From Guillardia theta CCMP2712 (taxonomy: Eukaryota > Protista > Cryptophyta): DNA of 64,000 nucleotides. Shown here piece by piece: positions 38,163-49,302 of the stretch. Made by a program: the position numbers and the translations under genes. Below the pieces are notes generated by a model. The model saw nothing but the letters and a program-made list of their open reading frames with translations, was not told the origin of the DNA and did not search any database. Every line of letters begins with the position of its first letter. Position 1 is the stretch's first letter. The stretch is taken from assembly GCF_000315625.1 (NCBI RefSeq), contig NW_005434642.1, positions 221,131-285,130 of the forward strand. The letters run 5' to 3'.

Positions 38163-38859
38163 GGCCAACAAACTGGTATTCTTTGCCACGGGCTATGAGA
38201 AGTTTCCAACAGTGCAACCTTGTTGAGCACCAGACAAACTCTCTTCTTCCTAGGATCTTAACGACTTCTTCGACAGATTCTTCTCTTCTTTCACCCCTCA
38301 AGCTTTTCCCTTGCTTCCGACTGCCCGCATAAACAGCCGCTGCATCCTCCTCCTGCAACCCAACCTAACCCTGGCCTCAAGTACCCCCTCTTTCATTGAC
38401 CCTACCTCCTCCCTACAATCCGATTCTCTCACTACCCATATATTTCTCTCTGTTTACGTACAATGGTACCCGTGTTGGAGAGGGTCATATGGCACATAGC
38501 TTCTTATCACCCCCATCTTGGGAACATAACCCCTCATGATTCTATTATCAGCTGTATGACTGGTCACCCCTGGTTTTTCGCGCCTTCAACACCCCTGTTG
38601 TACCCTGCGGACCACCACCCCTTCATCTGACTCTAATAGACCGGTACCCGTCAAGCAGCAATCGACACCCGGCGGGCCGGGGCCTGCCAGGGCTCCCGGA
38701 GAAAAACCAACCGCAGATGATGTCAGACCAGAGAGCTGTACATGCTTCAGGGGGTGGTCAAACAGGTGAAAATGCTTCGTCAGGGAATAGGGTGGGGTGA
38801 TGACCCCCACCCTGATCTCATAGAGAGGGGTAGTGGGGGTAGGTGGGTAGAGTGACGCA

Positions 38860-40995
38860 ATGAGCAAGCCGGCGCTAGTGGTAGACAATGGCACGGGTTT
38901 CGTCAAGTGCGGGTTCGCAGGGGACAGCTTTCCCAAGGCAATCTTCCCCAGGTAATCTTTGACGATGACTCGACGACTGAGAACGATCGGGACATGATGG
39001 GTGTAGAGTTAGAACTGTATGAAGGTTTGCCTTGCTTTGGAGCAGTGTGAGCGAGGAAAATTGAGGTTGGAAGATAGTTACATTAGCAGTGTAGTTTCAG
39101 CTTGATTTCCTAGATGTTGTGTTGATGGATTGACGTATGGGAGGGGAGATAAGGCTGTGGCATGATCGTTGTTTTTCTTGTTCTTTCCCGGAGGAAATCT
39201 GCCTCCTGAATGGGATCCTTTCTAAATCTTTTACTGTTTTTGACTGTTTGATCAGTATGGTTGGCCGCCCTGTATTGCGATTTGAGGAAAAGGTCAAAGG
39301 AAAACAGGTCAAGGATATTATGGTAGGGGATGATGCAGAAGAGATGAGAAATATGCTAGAAATATCCTACCCAGTGGATAAAGGTACGTGCTTTGTTCCA
39401 TTTGTTTCCAATTTGATGCTATGCAAAGGAATTGTTCAGAATTGGGATGACATGATACATCTTTGGGACTACACCTTTGAAAGACTAGGGGTAAGAAAAT
39501 CTCTTTGAAACTTGGATTGTTGAGATGTTTTCGCTGCAAGGTGGAAGATTGTGGTGAAAGGCGAATCCTGTTGACTGAACCACCCCAAAATCCGAAGCAA
39601 AACCGGGAGAAACTGTTTCAAGTCATGTGAGAAGTTCAATTCGGGGTTACATGCTATCAACAACTGACAGAGGTCGTAAGGTTTGAGAAGTACGGCTTCG
39701 AGGGGGTGCATGTCAGCTTGCAAGCGGTCTTGACGCTCTATGCTCAGGTTTGTTTTTATCTTGTTGAATCACTCGGCAGCATGGTGCACCAGCTTGTACT
39801 AAGATACATGTAGGGTATCATGACCGGCGTCGTATTTGACTCAGGCGATGGTGTGACGCACATTATTCCGGTTGGAGACTTGACGCAAGATCGCTTTTCT
39901 TATGTCTTGGTCAGGTGTGGGAAGGGATGACACTCCCAAATTTGACGAGAAGAATCAACATGGCTGGTCGAAACATTACAGACTATCTCATCAAGCTTCT
40001 GCTTCATCGTGGGTATGTTTTCAATCGCACAGCAGATTTCGACACGGTGCGAATGAGTTCATCGCTGACTCAGTTTAAACTAAAGTTTCCTCAGGTTCGT
40101 CAAATCAAAGAGCAGCATGCATATGTTGCTTACGACACAGCAGTCGAGAAGAAACTTGCGGTGGCCCTGCGTGTCTCCTGTTCGCCTGACTCACTCACAA
40201 TTCTACAGGAAGAAACTACTGTTTTGATGCGATCATACACCCTGCCAGATGGCAGAACGATCAATATCGGACAAGAACGCTTCCAATGTGCAGAGGTAAA
40301 CCTTGGCATCGTAAATTATTCTTCTTGATTCTCTTTCAGGTCTTGTTCCAGCCATCATTGATTGAGAGCGACTCAAAGAGTGTGGCGGAGGTATGACCGG
40401 ATATCCTACTACCAGCCTCTTTCCTACTACCCGCCTCTTCCATACCAAACCTCTCTTCCTTCTTCCTGCTCCCTTCTCCCTCTTTGAATCATCATGATCT
40501 TGGTCTCTTTCCACGGCAGGAATTGCTGGACTCGATTCAATCTGCAGACATGGATTTACGGCCAGACTTCTACAAGCATATCGTCCTCTCAGGAGGAACA
40601 ACAATGCTTCCCGGTTGCTCAATGAATGTAAGAAGTTTCAAAAGCAATGACCAGAGAATGATAGGACTGCCCACAAGACTCGAGAAGGAGCTGCGAAGTT
40701 TGCACCAGAAACTTGTCAAAAGTGACGGTCCATCCAAGCTGAAAATTAGAATCGAAGACCCTCCACGGCGAAAGCACCTGGTACTCAAGTGATTCGGATC
40801 GAACGATTCTGATGAATGAAAGGTGTTTCATGGAGGATCGATCTTAGCCGAGATCATGCAAGACAAGAACGAGTTCTGGGCATCTAGAAAGGTATGCATG
40901 CAACGTGAACCAATGTCCATCTGACGCTAGAGCAGGAATACTTGGAGAAGGGCCCCTCCTACTTGTCAGAAAATGAAAATCTCTGGAAATTTTAA
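38860..40995 (+). CDS. ARP2: Actin-related protein 2 (Arp2/3 complex)
   Basis: [15 protein letters not shown]; [12 protein letters not shown]; ILLTEPP; [10 protein letters not shown]; DSGDGVTH; [44 protein letters not shown]; [12 protein letters not shown]; [12 protein letters not shown]|VF. Confidence 0.96.
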
Positions 40996-41031
40996 ATTGA
41001 ATGCATTGTTTCAAGTTTTCACACGATTTGA

Positions 41032-42245
41032 GTGCGGCGCCGCCGGGCCACTGGGCCAGTCGGGCTGCCGGGCCGGGCCCGGCGGCCCCGGCCGCACTGA
41101 GTGTCAGTCGTGTCACTACGCCGGTGGCCCGGTGACGGCGTCAGTACTGAATCCGATGATCACCGCCCGCCCCCGGGGCCCGGGCCGCGGGCGGTACGGT
41201 ACAGTCCGGACTCCGCATGATGAAGAAAGTGCGGCCCGGCTACCGGCGGGTGCCAGGGCCCCCGGCGGCCGGTACTATGCCAGTCACCTCATTGAAGTTC
41301 CTTCGGCGGCGGCGGCGGCCCCAGCCGCCCGACATCGCTGGCCGGCGGGGCCGCCGCGGATGATGGCCCCGCGCGGGGGCCCTCATCATGCCGGGATCCC
41401 TGTCGGAGCACTGCGGTTAAGTGCCAACTTGAACTGAGCCCGGTAGTCACTGATGATCACCGTCACTGTGACCGTGACGGCAGTCACACATGGCATGATT
41501 GCCGGGCTGAGGCCCAAAGGCGCCGCACGACGGTGCACTCGGGGCTGCCCGGCGCGCCGCCGGAATCCGAGCCGAGGGAGGGGTTGCTACTACGGCAATT
41601 CTCAGTTGCTGCCGAGTCTTTCAAGGGCGAGTCTTCTCGCTATCATGATCATGGCCCGGGCCCCAGCCGGGCCGCGGCCGCGGCCAGGCCACCCGGTGAC
41701 CGCAGCCTGGCAGCCTGAGGCGCGGCCGGCTGGCCCGGGCCAGTGTCACAGAGTCACTGTCACGCACGGTGCCAGTGCGGCTCGGAGGCTTGGCCGGCGC
41801 CGCGAGCCGGGCCCCCGGCCGCGGGGCCGGGCGGCCGGTCACCCCGGCCCCGGACCGGCGGTCAGGCTGCTACCGTCACGGTACTGAGTAGGGGGCCGCC
41901 GGGCCGCCGCAGTCAAGGCCGCGCATGCCTGGCGGGCAGTCAATCATAAGTTCAGCTAGCGCTTACTAGGCTACTCGGACGTCGGACAGGCTGAGCCTGT
42001 CGGCGTGACGCGCCGCGCGGCGTGACGGACCGTCTGAGCGGCCCGGCCAGCGTGACGGACTGAGGCCGGCCGACGTCCGACGCCGGTCACCGCGGGCCCG
42101 GCCCGGCCGACGGTCACCGGTCACGGTGGCCCGGCCTGAGCCTCCGAACCCTGAGTCGGAGCCCCCGGGCCGCCGCCAGCGGGCCGGCCGCCGCCCGGCC
42201 CCGCGGCGGTGGACTCCGGCTCCGAGGATCAAAAGGCGGGCTGCA
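41032..42245. repeat. Very GC-rich, palindrome-dense non-coding island with AT-rich flanks
   Basis: Dense GGCC/CCGG/GCGC words and palindromes (TCAGTACTGA 41141, GGCCCGGGCC several times, GTCACTGTGAC, ATCATGAT). ORFs here are only Arg/Gly/Pro/Ala-rich artefacts. Confidence 0.6.
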
Positions 42246-43047
42246 GCTGAAATTTGAAAATATTTCGAGGTAATTTCAAATGTACACGGAGTCAGTTAGG
42301 GTAAGGTTTCGGAACCAGTTCGGAAATCTGGTTCGAAATCTTTTTAATCCAGTTCTGTAAAGGCAGGGAAATCATGGTACTAAATATTAAATATCGTCAA
42401 TAAAATTAGTACCAAAACTTTAGATATTGTAAAGATTACTGGGTCACTGTACCGGGGATACCAACTTTTATATATATATTTTAGATTCAATGGTATGTCC
42501 GTGCACTCAATATTTTAAAGCCTACATGGTTTTTAAAATCGCCCAACCATGAGCAGAGGGAGCTTCATGGCAGCCATGCGAGACGCCAGCGATGGCACAG
42601 ATGTGGAGGAATGAGGACGAGGATGGCACACCAACAAGCAGCTGAAGTTACCCTAGCGAAGATGAGCATGTGTTGTGGATCCAGGATCGACGTGCACTCA
42701 GTGTGACGAGGTTCAGTTCGTGAAGGCAACTTGCAGTTAGGTGAAGCGAGCAGTGGGTGGAGCGTTTGGATGCGGAGATCATCGCGACGAGACTGTTTTG
42801 AATCTTGTTGTTGATTTTAGAGCTTCTCTATTGAGTTCAAGGAAGGAAGGGAGATACACAGTTGAGTTTGGAGCAGTGGTATTTGAAAAGTTGTGCTGGG
42901 AAGTCAGAGAGAGGCCATATCCTGTCCAGGAGAAGAAAGATCTTTCTTGTCTTCTAGAAGCAGGCTGCAATCTGAAGGAGTAGCTCCTGAGATCTTTGAG
43001 CGGCACATCACTGTACAATACAAGCGCCCACGGGGGGGCAGGGGCAC

Positions 43048-44230
43048 ATGATGCCCACAGGGATTATCACCCAGGTGGATCGGGACGGAAATATCATCGA
43101 TGCGGGGATCGACGATGTTATCATCGACGATGCCCGAGCGAGACATGAGAGTAGCCTGCAGCTGACGGGTGAGCTTCCAGTGGACTTGCGCCTCTCTGGG
43201 GGTTGTAACGTGCTTGCAGCTGCTGAGGGCGAATCGAAGCGACAGAGGAAGCGATGGTCTATGATGCGTTTCCTATGTCGATGCTTCTCACCTGTTGTCA
43301 TCGAGGTTTGCATGCTCCCATTGTTCTGCATGTTCGTTTCTTGACGAGGAGCTTTCTCAGGCTCCGGATGGCGCATACAACCACTCTGCCGGACTGCAGA
43401 ACGGGCACATGCAGTCTTCTCAGTACGATTACAGCATGCAAGACCCAAACATGGATGACGTTTCAAGGATGTACAATGACAGCTTTCTTCTTCCACCGAA
43501 GCTTGTTCCTTTCAAAATTACATTGATCTTAGATCTAGATGAGACATTAGTTCACAGCTCCTTCAAACCTGTCCCTGGGGCTGATTGGGTGGTCCCGGTT
43601 GAGATTGATGGCACGGTGCATCGTGTTTTTGTATGTAAGAGACCTGGTCTGGACAATTTTATGCGGAGGGTGAGCCTAGTCTTATCAGAAACCTCGAATG
43701 ACATGGTCCTTCAGGTTGCCAAACTGTTTGAGGTTGTGGTGTTTACTGCAAGTCTGGACAAATATGCCAACCCAGTGTTGGACTTGCTGGAGAGAAGTGC
43801 GCCCAAGAGCGTTCATTTCCGATTGTTCCGAGAGCACTGTGTCTTCACCAACGGTGTTCTTGTGAAGGACTTGACGAGACTGGTCCGTCTGCTGCATTCG
43901 AATGTCTTTGCTCTGTGTTGATCCTGCCCAACAGGGAAGAGACCCACGGCAAGTCATTCTGGTGGACAACTCACCGTCTTCCTACATGCTTCAGCCTGAG
44001 AATGCGATCCCCATCAGCAGCTGGTTTCATCTTTCTTGCTCTCATGGAGATTCACTGAATTCTTGATCAGGTTTGACTCGCAGACCGATCAACAGCTTCC
44101 TCTCCTGATCCCGTGGCTTGAGAAACTGGCAGGAGAAGACGATGTGTTACCGACCCTGCAGCAGCTGCGTCAAGCGATCGACTCTTGCAATGGAAACTTG
44201 TTGTCCAACATTTCGGCTCAAGTTGTCTAG
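43048..44230 (+). CDS. CTD small phosphatase-like protein (SCP/Psr1, NIF/FCP1 domain)
   Basis: N-terminal IITQV and FLCRCF (SCP-like, likely palmitoylation site); [14 protein letters not shown]; KRPG; [21 protein letters not shown]; FRLFREHC; VKDLTRL|GRD; [10 protein letters not shown]. Confidence 0.93.
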
Positions 44231-44679
44231 CTTTGAAGGCCAACTTGTGTTGGCTCGCCTGCATTTGCTGCCCAAATTTTATTTTTTCTCTCAGACTCGA
44301 AGACTTGACGCAAGGAGATGCCGTTCTTGCATGCGGTTGCTGTCTTTTGATGCGAGTGAGATCAACGGGGTTAACAAGCTAAAGATGAAAGTTTCCCCAG
44401 CCCAGATAGATTATTGGAGTACAATGAAAGCTCCATAGACACACTATTTTCAAGTGAATAAAATACTCTTTTGGTGTAAGAATCGAATCATTAAATTTGC
44501 TTCTCGTATCTACATGGAGGAATTGATAAATGTGAGATATTTCCTTGTGCTTGTCATACTCCACCCGACCATCATGAACAGAAGAATTTTCCTGTTACCT
44601 CAAAGCTCTCAAGACCGAACAACACCTGAGCTGTATGCCTTCATCCATGAATCATCGCCATTCCATCCATGCATTCTTG

Positions 44680-45008
44680 TCATTGCACAGAACAAGTTTT
44701 ATTCCTGCGTATTTGTCAAATAAAACCAAAAGCATCATCATGAGTACTTGTTGCTGTTGTTGTTGTTGTTGTTGGCACTGCCGGTAGTCTGTCGGCCTGT
44801 ATTTGTCCTTCACACAGAAATCAGCGAAACGAAACTCAGAACAAAATATCATCTCACATCCCCTGACCAGTTTGTTGGTGTCGTTGCTGTTGGGCCATCC
44901 GGTACTGTGCCATCTGCTCCTGCGAAACTCCACCGTTGTGTCCTGCTCGTTGTCTCGCTGCTGCAGAAACGGCTCCTCCTGCTGGTCTTGCCCCCGCCGT
45001 ACCAACTC

Positions 45009-45059
<51 letters not shown>

Positions 45060-46697
45060 TTTGCTCTTCCCTGTGTCGCTCCTCGTCGTACTCAGCCTGC
45101 AGTGATAGAGCGAAGGCAAGGTCGGCGTCCTCTTGCTCTGAGTGCTTGGGCACTTCTCTGCTGGGCAGCTGCACTTGATCAGTCATCGCCTTGGGAGAAA
45201 CCTGCTGGACAATTGAGACAGGGGTGGAGGAGGCAACAGTTCTGACGTTCTCTTGTGGCTTGACGGCGTTCTCGACAGCCTCCATCACTTGCTCTGGCAC
45301 GCTTGCGATCTGCGCAAGAGCCTAGAAAAGTGAACAAGTAAGGTGGAGCTGATGTTCAAACAGGTGCAACACTCTACATTTGAAACATGGTCCAGAGTAA
45401 TCACTCCTTGCGGCGCTTCCTCTCTCCCTCGAGATCTGCCAGAGCTCTGAGGAGCGAATCCTTGGAAATTGCCGTCGTAGAAAATGCTGTCGCCCGAGAC
45501 GTCAACGAGCTTCTCCCACACCTGAGCACGGCTGATGTTACCATAAGGGAAGTATCACTTCAACTTACAATCTTTTCTTCTTCGTAGAAGCCGACATCTG
45601 TTACCAGCAAATACAAGCCCCCGGACTTCTTGCACATCGTACAAAAATGGTTGTTGCGAAAGAAGACACAGAGTTCTCCCTCTTTGACAGTTGCATGAAG
45701 CTGCTCAATGCCGTAATAGGTTAGCTGGGATGCAGTCTCCTGTAAGAACGTCTGCACGACCTGTACTAGAATTGAGCAGGGAACCACTACAGAACAAAAA
45801 ACAGAAGAAAGGTACCTGAGCTTCCTTCAATTTCTGCAAATATGCTGAATCATCCACATGGACATCTGGTTGAGATGGTTCCTCTTCAAGAGATTTCTGA
45901 GCTGGTTGCGGTTCTGAAGCAGCAGGAGAAACGTGTCGCGAGGTATGAGTTTGAAACCATGACACAACTGAGGGCAACGATCTCCACTTCTTGAAATCTT
46001 CATCATTCTGATTAATCTGACTTGTCAAGGGTGCGTTCTCATTCTCAGGGACCGCACCCGCCATGTTGTCGGGCGGCGCAGCATTTGAAGTTGAGGTGTC
46101 CCCTGGGTCCGGTTGCTTCTCAGGAATCGATGGACGGTGGTTGGAGTCAGCATCTACAAGGAGACAGAGCAGCTGGTTGTATGACATGTCCCGAATCACT
46201 CCCATAGTCTTCACGTCCTGTGGGTCCACCAGCCAACCATGGAACAGGTTGATGCCAAGCATGTCCAACACTGAGAGCTCGTCCGTGTATTCGAAGTCAG
46301 TCACTTTCTGGAATCGTACGTTCACATCCAGTCCTCGCCCAAGCTTTGGGAGAGTGGACAGGGCATCGTCAATCTGCTGCTGTTGGTTCGCCTGCATCTC
46401 TGGGTTGTGATGCGGAGGGTTGAACTGGACCAAGTAGTCCCCAACAAGGTGAATCAGCTGCCTGAAGTCCATGTATGCCAGATCTGAATGTATCTGTATC
46501 TTGGACTGAAGGAGAAGTACATTGCCTTAGAAAAAATGCATTCAGTCAATAACCTACTTGTTTGCACCGCAAGGCAAAAACTCACTGATGGCAAGGAGAG
46601 GACAGGGCCCGTTGTTGTTCTGCATCAGTATGGGGACTTTCTTATTCTGATAGTCAACAACTTTGATACGGAAAATATCATTGTTGAGCTGGCTCAT
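44680..46697 (-). CDS. MINDY-1/2-type (FAM63) deubiquitinase with MIU motif and predicted CaaX
   Basis: ILMQNNNGPCPLLAI (catalytic Cys); GLDVNVRF; HGWLVDPQ; SQLTYYG; VFFRNNHF (catalytic His); LYLLVTDVG; VWEKL; EQEDADLAFALSLQ (MIU). The last exon after a 43-nt intron encodes KNKTCSVQ*. Confidence 0.93.
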
Positions 46698-47722
46698 ATT
46701 TTTCGAGTCCTTATTTGCAAACAAGCCTTCTTTCTACTCTCAGAGGAAACTGCTTGACGTGAGCAATTTACAGTGCCAGGTCCCAGGAGTCATAAAAAGT
46801 CCTCTGCCTGCAGAAGTGAAAATCAATCAGCAAAACTCAGTTTGGCGAGGAGAATATCCCTGGAGTACTCCTTTCCTATCGTCTCATTGCGTCTCTCACT
46901 CTCTCACCCTCCTTCAAGTCCCCACCATCCCACCATCCTGCCTCCTGCACCACCATCCCATCGTAACGAAAAAGTTCATACCACCCTGTTATTACGGTCA
47001 TCCACCCCTTGGAACTCACAAATTGGACCCCACCCCATGACCTTCGAGCAATTGAAAGTTGGTTGTCGTGGACCCCCCAAATAGACATCATCCACCCACC
47101 CCACAGTATTGAAGCCCCACCCTACCTATAAAATCTACCCTTCCACTGCATCGAATTTTCAATTTCGCTGCAGCAATTTCTTGAAATAGTACTCTAAACT
47201 TTCAACTTTGAAAAAGACTTTTTACGAATTTAGCTCATAAATTCAAATTTGAGGGGAACATTTACTCTGAAGGCAATTGAATTCTGAAGAATTTCATCAC
47301 AAGGCGGCTACAGGGTCGCCGGCCTGCGGCCCGCCGGCAGTCTTTTAAAAACTATTTTTATATTACTACAATTTTATAAGGTAGGACGAGATCTCCATAC
47401 AGTTAAGTTAGGAAATACAGTAGTGTATAAAATAGTTTATACAAATTCTTTCTAGATCCTATCTTTGTCAGAAATTCATATCGTACAAATATAAAATACT
47501 TTTTGGTAATGGAATTCGCGTGCAGGGGGTCAAAAAGCTTGAGAGCGGGAAATGCCAAGAAGGGCGAAAGGAGAGCACCGGTGGTGAACTATCCCGAACA
47601 CTTTGAATGGTGGGGTACTTTTTCCACCCGTGTCTTTGTATGAGAATGAGGCTGATAAGATAGGGTACCTTGGTCCCTGGAGGGGGTCCAATAGTTCAGC
47701 GGAGGGGTGGGTGCTGGTAAAC

Positions 47723-49140
47723 ATGCCGCGGTCGCGGTCGCCAGAAAGGAGGCGATCTCGGTCGAGGGACCGAGGGGACCGAGGGGACCGAGGGGACCGA
47801 GGGGACCGAGGGGACCGAGGGGACCGAGATCGGAGGAGGGACAGGTCAAGGGACAGGTCAAGAGAAAGAGACAGGTCAAGACCCCGCGGTCCACCAAGGA
47901 GGACGGAGCACGAGAAGATTTCTCTGCTGGTAAGTTGGGGATGTCTTCGTTCTGGGGAGAGTGAGTAGGGATCATGTGTTGAAAGTAGAGGTCGATTAAA
48001 CCAAAGTACTTGAAGCATGAGCAGAATTCTCAATGATGAATAGAGGAAGTGCAACTGCGGCGGTATTTTTCTAAAGGTTGTGATTGGTTCAGGTCCGTAA
48101 CATTGGGGATCGAACGGATGGTCAAGATCTTCGAGAGCTTTTTGGACGATATGGTACCGTCAAGGATGTATACATTCCGATCGACTACTACACCAAGTTA
48201 GTCCTTCGCCCTCCTTTGTGATTGTGTTGCTCGTTGTGAGAAAACCACCGAGTTCCATGTTCCAAGGCATGATTGTTGCATTTGCCTCCAAGATGTTGCA
48301 AGTGAAGTTCGAGATCAACATTGAGGATGAAGATTTCTCGGAAGAAGTTCAAGAGTGATGTAGAATTCAAGACTAGTTCCAAGATAGGCTCATCCGACTT
48401 CAAGTTTACTGAAGATGGAATGTGCGAAGATTGCAAGTTGAGACAAGAATATTGAAGTTCGATGCGTGAGATACAAGGATTTAAGAAGAAAGTTGTTCTA
48501 GCCGCAAGACACAAGATATTTTTCAAAGAAGGATGGAGTCACGAAGGAAAAGCTCTTGCCATGTGAAGTTGTCATTTGTTCAAACGATGAAAAGGCTTCG
48601 AAGGAAGCACCTAGAGTCTTTGCCATGTTGATTATATAATTGCGTTCCATGTATGTTATGACTCACATGTCTTCATCAGGCGCCCAAAGCCCTTTGCTTT
48701 TGTCGAGTTCATCAATTACGAAGAAGCTCGTGATGCCAAGGAGGACATGGACAGGAGGGAATTTCAAGGACGTGTGATCGATGTGGTGTTCGCGCAGCAG
48801 AGAAGTATACCGATCCTCTGCATCGAGTAGCCTTTGCTGATTTCTTCTCTCAGGAAAGACGCCAGACCAGATGCGGACTCGTGAAGGAACGAGCAGCCGA
48901 GGTGGAAGATACTCTCGCTCCCCTCGACGTGGTCACTCCCCTCGCCGGGATCGGTCGAGATCGCCTCGTCGTGATCGTTCTAGATCTCCTCGGAAGGATT
49001 CTCCGCGAGCACGACGCGACTCACCAAGAGAATCGCCACGGAAGGAGGAGCCACGGGACGGGGAGGAAGAAAGGCCGTCCTCTCCTCAGCGTGCTGAAGA
49101 AGCACCTATCGAGGGTACTGAAGAACAGCCTGAGGCGTAA
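47723..49140 (+). CDS. SR splicing factor, SC35-like (SCL/SRSF10-type) with N-terminal RS extension
   Basis: RS/RD-rich N-terminus; RRM SLL|VRNI..LFGRYGTVKDVYIPIDYYTK|RPKPFAFVEF..IDVVFAQQR|RKTPDQMR; C-terminal RSRSP repeats. Confidence 0.92.
47765..47829 (+). repeat. 9-nt coding tandem repeat (GGGGACCGA)n encoding (DRG)n
   Basis: About 7 units inside SR exon 1. Confidence 0.9.
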
Positions 49141-49302
49141 AAAGATTGTCCATGCAATCTGGAAACCGGGAGATCAGGAACTCGTCATGAGGTTCCTCAA
49201 TGAATGTGAAGTGCTTGTTTGCGAGGTCTGCACACACACCTTCAGCTGCAGGAGCACACATCACACATTCATATTTACAACAAGATACATAACTTCCTAT
49301 TT

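Noticed and set aside
40844-42232. Arg/Gly/Pro/Ala-rich ORFs in the GC island
   Set aside because: Expected from high GC and stop-codon scarcity; no domain or splice structure.
42549-43040. Possible separate gene upstream of the CTD phosphatase
   Set aside because: Only short ORFs with early stops; more consistent with a 5' UTR carrying uORFs.
47707-47964. Collagen-like (GPR)n and (GPL)n ORFs
   Set aside because: Alternative frames of the 9-nt repeat that encodes (DRG)n in the SR protein.
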